The notes below the pieces were generated by a model. It ran no database searches, was not told the DNA's origin, and was given only the letters and a program-made list of their open reading frames with translations. Position numbers and translations under genes: made by a program. Shown here one piece after another: positions 58,536 through 64,000 of a DNA stretch of 64,000 nucleotides (its first letter is position 1; each line of letters starts with the position of its first letter). The stretch lies in NCBI RefSeq assembly GCF_009914755.1, contig NC_060929.1. One strand, 5' to 3'. Source of the stretch: the human T2T-CHM13v2.0 reference genome, Homo sapiens.

Positions 58536-58646
58536 GACAAGCATGACTTTCAGGACTCTGTGAGAATAACGTTGGACTTTAATCTTACCGATCCAGAAAA
58601 TGGGCCTGTTCTTGATGATTCTCTACCAAACTCAGTACATGAATAT
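58536..58646 (+). CDS. ITGA1: ITGA1 exon 18 (111 nt): DKHDFQDSVRITLDFNLTDPENGPVLDDSLPNSVHEY
   Basis: ctctag|GAC acceptor, TAT|gtaagt donor; translated by hand. Confidence 0.96.
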
Positions 58647-58696
58647 GTAAGTCAGATTTCTTTAAAATACAAAATACCAACTTGTGAACATTTTAA

Positions 58697-59327
58697 TGTC
58701 ACTAGTAAACTGTGTTTTTTCACTACTCTGCATTGATCACAAAGAACGAACAACTAACTGGAAGAAAGAAAAAAAAGGCAAGCAGATTTTATTCCTGGTC
58801 AGGAATGGAGAAAGAGGGAGCTCTTGCTCTAAAGACCTTCTCTTCAAGCTGTGAAAACCTGGGGAATTTTAAGGAGTTAGATGTGGGGCAGGGAGGTATA
58901 TGTAAGCATGTCCAGAGAGGAACTCCAGATGTACAAGTACAGCTCATAAACATGCTTCCTTATACAACATATGTTCAAGAAATGGTGGCCATTTTCTTCT
59001 ATGGCAGGGACTTTAGCATTATAATGACATGTTAATGATCTAAAGGTAACAAGGGGTTGCTGGTTCTTGTTTGCTCCGTTTTCTCAATGGCTTTATCTTC
59101 CTCTGGTAATTGGCAAAGGGTCCTGAAGCTCCCAGGCCGTCTATAGTTGTTTTTCAGCAAGCTTACCTACAGATAAATAGACTAGAAAAAAAAAAACTGT
59201 TTAAGAAAAAATAATGCACTTTCTCAGCTATCTACTGTTTAACAAAATAATGAACTTTCTCAGTTATCTACTCTTCAAGAAAATAGTAAACTTTCTCAGC
59301 CATATCTCCAGGTTTGCCCTGGTAACA
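58697..59327 (-). mobile_element. ERV1-type solo LTR (subfamily not assigned), 631 bp
   Basis: TGtcac...ggtaaCA termini, near-TSD ttaa/ttag, ttttatt poly(A) signal on the minus strand, tttagcattataatg MER4-group-like motif. Confidence 0.6.
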
Positions 59328-59889
59328 TTAGGAAAAAGCTTGAAACCCATGCACACATAACCCTAAATCAATTTAAAATGTTTTAAAAAAGAATTAGGCT
59401 CTTCTAGACTTTTTCCAATCCTTCTAATTTCCTATTGTTGGAGTTTAAGAAAACTAATAAATGACACTCATTTTTACCTCATTTGAATTTAGGACCAATG
59501 GAAAGAAATCTCCCCCATTATTCTAATAAGCACTGGATTGCAGTGTATGGTTTAGGTATAAAGGGTGTCCTCACGCTGAAGCATGGACTTAGACCACCAG
59601 TAACCACCTAGGTCATCAGCAGTGCTGATCCATCTCTGTCCTTCTTCATGGAGCCCACCTTGTAAAACTTGTCAAATGGAGTAGAGCCAAATGTGTGCTT
59701 CCTGTGGGTACAGCTGCTCTGAGAATAGAAATGAGAGAAAGGGACTGAGTTGTGTTCACTTAGTTCCTGTTCCCAAAGTTAGAGTCCATGTGCCACCCCT
59801 GAGAGTGGAGTGAGGGGAGAGAAGAGGGAGGGTGTCACTAGCGTGGCTCCAATGGAAGAGATATGAGGGATGGGGAATTCTTTTTCCCC

Positions 59890-60630
59890 ATACACCTATC
59901 TTCCATTCTCCCTTCCTTCCTACCAGATATATTGATTGTCTTATACATACCAGGCATTGGAGCTTACAGTCTAACACTGGAAACAGGTATTAAGTAGTAA
60001 TTAGAGCATATGCTATGGAGGAGGATTTCAGAGCTCTCTAGGAACTTCCACCTAGGCTGAGAAGTCAGGACAGCCCTCCTGAAGTTGTGCCATTTCAGTG
60101 GAGCCCTGAAGGATAGGGTGATTTCCACCCTATTTAGGGGAGTTTGGGGAGCAGAGGGGATGCTAAGTGTGAAAGTCCTGAGCATGAAGGAAACAACGAC
60201 ATTCGCTAGTGTGGCTGACGCTAAAGAGCAAGAAAGGAGGTGACGTGAGGTGAGGCCGGAGGTAAAGGCAGGGGCCGGGTCATTCGGGACTTGGTGCCAC
60301 TGCACAAATTCTAAACTTTTGAAAGAGCAGTGCAGTGCTTTTGAAGGTTTTTATTTGGTTCAGCCACACGACAGGATGCAGCAGAGTGAAGAGTGGTTGG
60401 AGGGAAACAGGTGGATGTGGGAGCCCCGTGGGAAGCTATTACTTTAGTTCAGGGAGGAAATGAGAATGCTTGGGTGTGAGGTGGTGGTGGGACTGCAGAA
60501 GCAAGAAAGGATTGGAGAGATATTTAGAAGAGGAGTAGAATGGACAGGGCTTGGTGAGTTACATATGGTGGTGGTGGAGAGGCGGTCAATGAAGAAGAAT
60601 CAAGCAAAACTCCTAGATTTGTGGCTTGAC
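59890..60630 (-). mobile_element. L2 3' region
   Basis: ggagcttacagtctaa...gggagtttggg...ggtaaaggcaggggccgggtca...ggagtagaatggacagggcttggtga...aatcaag..aactcctagatt. Confidence 0.7.
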
Positions 60631-61036
60631 CGTTTTCCACCCTCTCAACTGAGCTTTATGATATTCCTAAGTATTTGATTAATTTTAAGAGAAAAATCTC
60701 ATGATTAGAGTTGAGTAGATTTAGATCTTGCAGTACTTGACTTTGTATTTCAAAACTGTCCTTCCCTGGCAGACAAAAGCCAGTGCAAAGCACCCATGAA
60801 AATTGTGCGTTCTTAAAAGGACAAGCACAATTTACATTTGTAAGTAAATGTTTACTCTTCTCCCCTATAAATTACAGGGATAAATATAAAATCCCTTAAG
60901 ATTTTTGCAGGGAAATTCTCCTTATGAGTTGCTTAACTTACTTTGGCTGTATGCCATTTTTGTTACACAAATTGATGGGTAATTTTCAACAATGCGTAGC
61001 TAAATTTTGAAAAATTCTTTCCTGTCATCATTTCAG

Positions 61037-61246
61037 ATTCCCTTTGCCAAAGATTGTGGAAATAAGGAAAAATGTATCTCAGACCTCAGCCTGCATGTCG
61101 CCACCACTGAAAAGGACCTGCTGATTGTCCGATCCCAGAATGATAAGTTCAACGTTAGCCTCACAGTCAAAAATACAAAGGACAGTGCCTATAACACCAG
61201 GACAATAGTGCATTATTCTCCAAATCTAGTTTTTTCAGGAATTGAG
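61037..61246 (+). CDS. ITGA1: ITGA1 exon 19 (210 nt): IPFAKDCGNKEKCISDL...YSPNLVFSGIE; genu and calf-1 start
   Basis: tttcag|ATT acceptor, GAG|gtaaac donor; DCG..C..DL genu motif. Confidence 0.97.
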
Positions 61247-62079
61247 GTAAACTTCCAGTTTTTCATTTATTTGTTCTCTTAACATCATTTACCTGGCCTA
61301 CTTTTCATGCTACTGAGATAATTGCTTTTATTAGATTGATTTTGAAAGAATAGAAGGAATTTTTTACATTAGTCCTCACCAATGGTGAAAGTATTAAGCT
61401 TTTTAAAAAAGTTTTGTTTTATTTATTCAAATATGTATGTCTTTTCTTAGATTCTGTGTGAGAAAAGGATAGCTCATGTATAAAAACTGTGTGTTTCATA
61501 AAATCCTTAAACCACTGAAACTGAAACAGAGTCAAGGAAAATAATAACAATCAAAGCCAAAACAGTTAACAGACGTACAGAGAGGTACCTCTGTGTTAAG
61601 CAAAAAAAATTTACCTGCAGGAAAATCAAGATACCATATCTCCCTTTCTATGCAAAATCCTTACTTTGGCAAGATATTTGTATTAAATAACTGTGTCTTA
61701 TTGATTTGTAACAGAGGTTTCTTTTATTACATTGGCAATAAAATATATTAATCTGTGTAAGATGCTATATCAGAGGTAATCAGTGTTTCCAAATGTGAAC
61801 TTTGCTCTTAATTCTGATCTCCAAATGAATCCCACTGAGTTAAAATTTTGTGTATATTTATATTAATTAATATTACATACAATTTATATTAAAAGCAATG
61901 CACTTATTAATATTATACATAGTATTAAAACACTATTGTCTACTTTCTGTAAACTCAGATTTCATGGACGTTTCTCTCTATCTGTTAGGATATCACTTAG
62001 AGACATGATGACTAAGACAAACCTAAAAATAATGTCATATATTACTATATTTTGGATTCAACTAAGAATATTAATTACA

Positions 62080-62393
<314 letters not shown>

Positions 62394-62549
62394 AAATACA
62401 AATGTACAAAGTAATCTTGGGGAAAATATTACCACAGAATTTTTCTCTAGTAAAAATTATTGCCTGTATCCTCCTATGCTGACTTAATGGCCTGGCAGAG
62501 AGGCATAGCTAAAAAATCTGACAGTGCATCTCTTCTGTGTATATTAACA

Positions 62550-62995
62550 GTAACAACAGTAATAATGATGGCAACCATTTCTTGAGTCACATCATGGTTT
62601 AGGCCCTGTACTAAGGATTTCACTTATTTCATTTTCATTAATTCTTTTGTAAGTAGGTATGACTGTACTGCAGAGATGCGAAGATAAAACCTTTTTTTCA
62701 TGTTTCAACATTCTTGTAATTGCATTTTACAATTGATAACATGTTTATTTACGTGGCAGTGTTATTTTTACTTCTTATGGGTATGTAAAAATAATGGCAT
62801 ATCTCATGTTCAATGGCATTTTAAACTGGAAAAAATAGAGTATATGACTAAACCACTTGATAGAAAATCAGTCCCAGAGAGGTGAGGAATCTTAACAAGG
62901 ATAAAGCTAACAGTGGTGCAGTCAGGGTTTAAATTCTGGTGGTCACGGGTCAGAGCCTATGCTCTTATCCACTGCACTAAACTCCTCCAATGACT
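62550..62995 (-). mobile_element. MIR in two pieces (about 62550-62690 and 62860-62995)
   Basis: aataatgatggcaaccatttcttgag...tgtactaaggatttc; cccagagaggtgag...cagggtttaaatt...cagagcctatgctctta. Confidence 0.6.
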
Positions 62996-63342
62996 AGCAT
63001 TCACTGAAGACTGCTCTGCACCAGTCTTGGGTGTCTGGATTATTTTATCCAGCCACCGCAATCACTCTGTGAGGGAGGTGCTATTAGTACTTCCATTTTA
63101 CAACTGAAAACTTAGGTAGGATTGTGAGATATGCTTTGTCTTTCAGGCACCCACAAGTGATGTTTTAGGATTTCCATGAGTGTAGAACAGCTGGTCCCAG
63201 AATTCTGTGCCTCTTCCAGCTAAATCGAGACAAAAATAGTGGCAAGGCAGTCACCAAGACACATCTGGGAAAATTCTGAAAGAACACGTATCAATATTTC
63301 ACCTGCTTGTCCACTCTGATTCTGTTTGCTTTCTCTTCCTAG

Positions 63343-63423
63343 GCTATCCAAAAAGACAGTTGTGAATCTAATCATAATATCACATGTAAAGTTGGATATC
63401 CCTTCCTGAGAAGAGGAGAGATG
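63343..63423 (+). CDS. ITGA1: ITGA1 exon 20 (81 nt): AIQKDSCESNHNITCKVGYPFLRRGEM
   Basis: tcctag|GCT acceptor, ATG|gtgagc donor; CxVGYPF calf-1 motif. Confidence 0.96.
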
Positions 63424-63565
63424 GTGAGCAGATCATACAAAATACATGTAGAAATTGAATATGAAAAGTAATATGTGCAAAGACAAATATATAAATCCTT
63501 CCAATGGTAGTTTAGGATAATACGGATGAAAAATGTTCAGTTCAAAATTGTGACAGATTGGAATA

Positions 63566-63920
63566 TGCTATGGTCAGAATGTTTGTGCCCCACCAAAATT
63601 CATATGTTAATACTTAATCCCCAATGTGATCGTAGTAAAAGATGAGGCCTTTAGGAGGTCAGTAGGTCCAGAGGGTGGAGCCCCCATGAGGGATTAGTGT
63701 CCTCATACGAGAGGCTTGAGGGAGACTGCTCACCCCTTCTACCATGTCAGAACACATAGCAGGTGCCATCTATGAGAACTGGGTGTTTCCAGACACTGAA
63801 TCTGTTGGTGCCTTGATCTTGGACTTCCCAACCCTCAGAACTGTGAGCAATATATTTCTGTTATTTATAAAATGCTTGGTATAAGGTATTTTGTACAAGG
63901 TATTTATAAATAACAGAAAC
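63566..63920 (+). mobile_element. MLT1A0-like MaLR solo LTR
   Basis: TGctatggtcagaatgtttgtgcccc...aaattcatatgtt...gggattagtg...ccttgatcttggacttccca...agaactgtgag. Confidence 0.88.
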
Positions 63921-64000
63921 ATATTTAACAACCTTGTAACAATTCTTACACAGGCAAACTCGAACACCAAGACAAGATTTAAAATTTATACTACATAACA

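Overview
Vertebrate (human/primate) genomic DNA: AT-rich, CpG-depleted and rich in Alu, L1, L2, MIR and LTR repeats. The whole window lies inside ITGA1 (integrin alpha-1/CD49a) on the + strand. Seventeen coding exons can be placed at base resolution. They are exons 4-20 by my recollection of the gene model, total 2399 nt, and splice into one open frame (about residues 99-898). They cover beta-propeller repeats, the alphaI (vWA) domain with its MIDAS, the Ca-binding DxDxDG loops, the thigh and the start of calf-1. The introns carry 11 Alu copies or fragments, several solo LTRs (including a three-level nest), L1/L2/MIR and DNA-transposon relics, and an RPL17 processed pseudogene in intron 11 that the ORF track does not show. 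The most unusual items are a ~2 kb self-complementary TA-rich composite tandem array that appears to have grown inside an AluY tail, a GC-AG intron after exon 17, and three in-frame candidate acceptors at the I-domain allosteric linker. I see no convincing new multi-gene system. Nearly all supplied ORFs are artefacts of repeats or exon read-through. Repeat subfamily names come from recalled consensus sequences and need RepeatMasker/Dfam confirmation.
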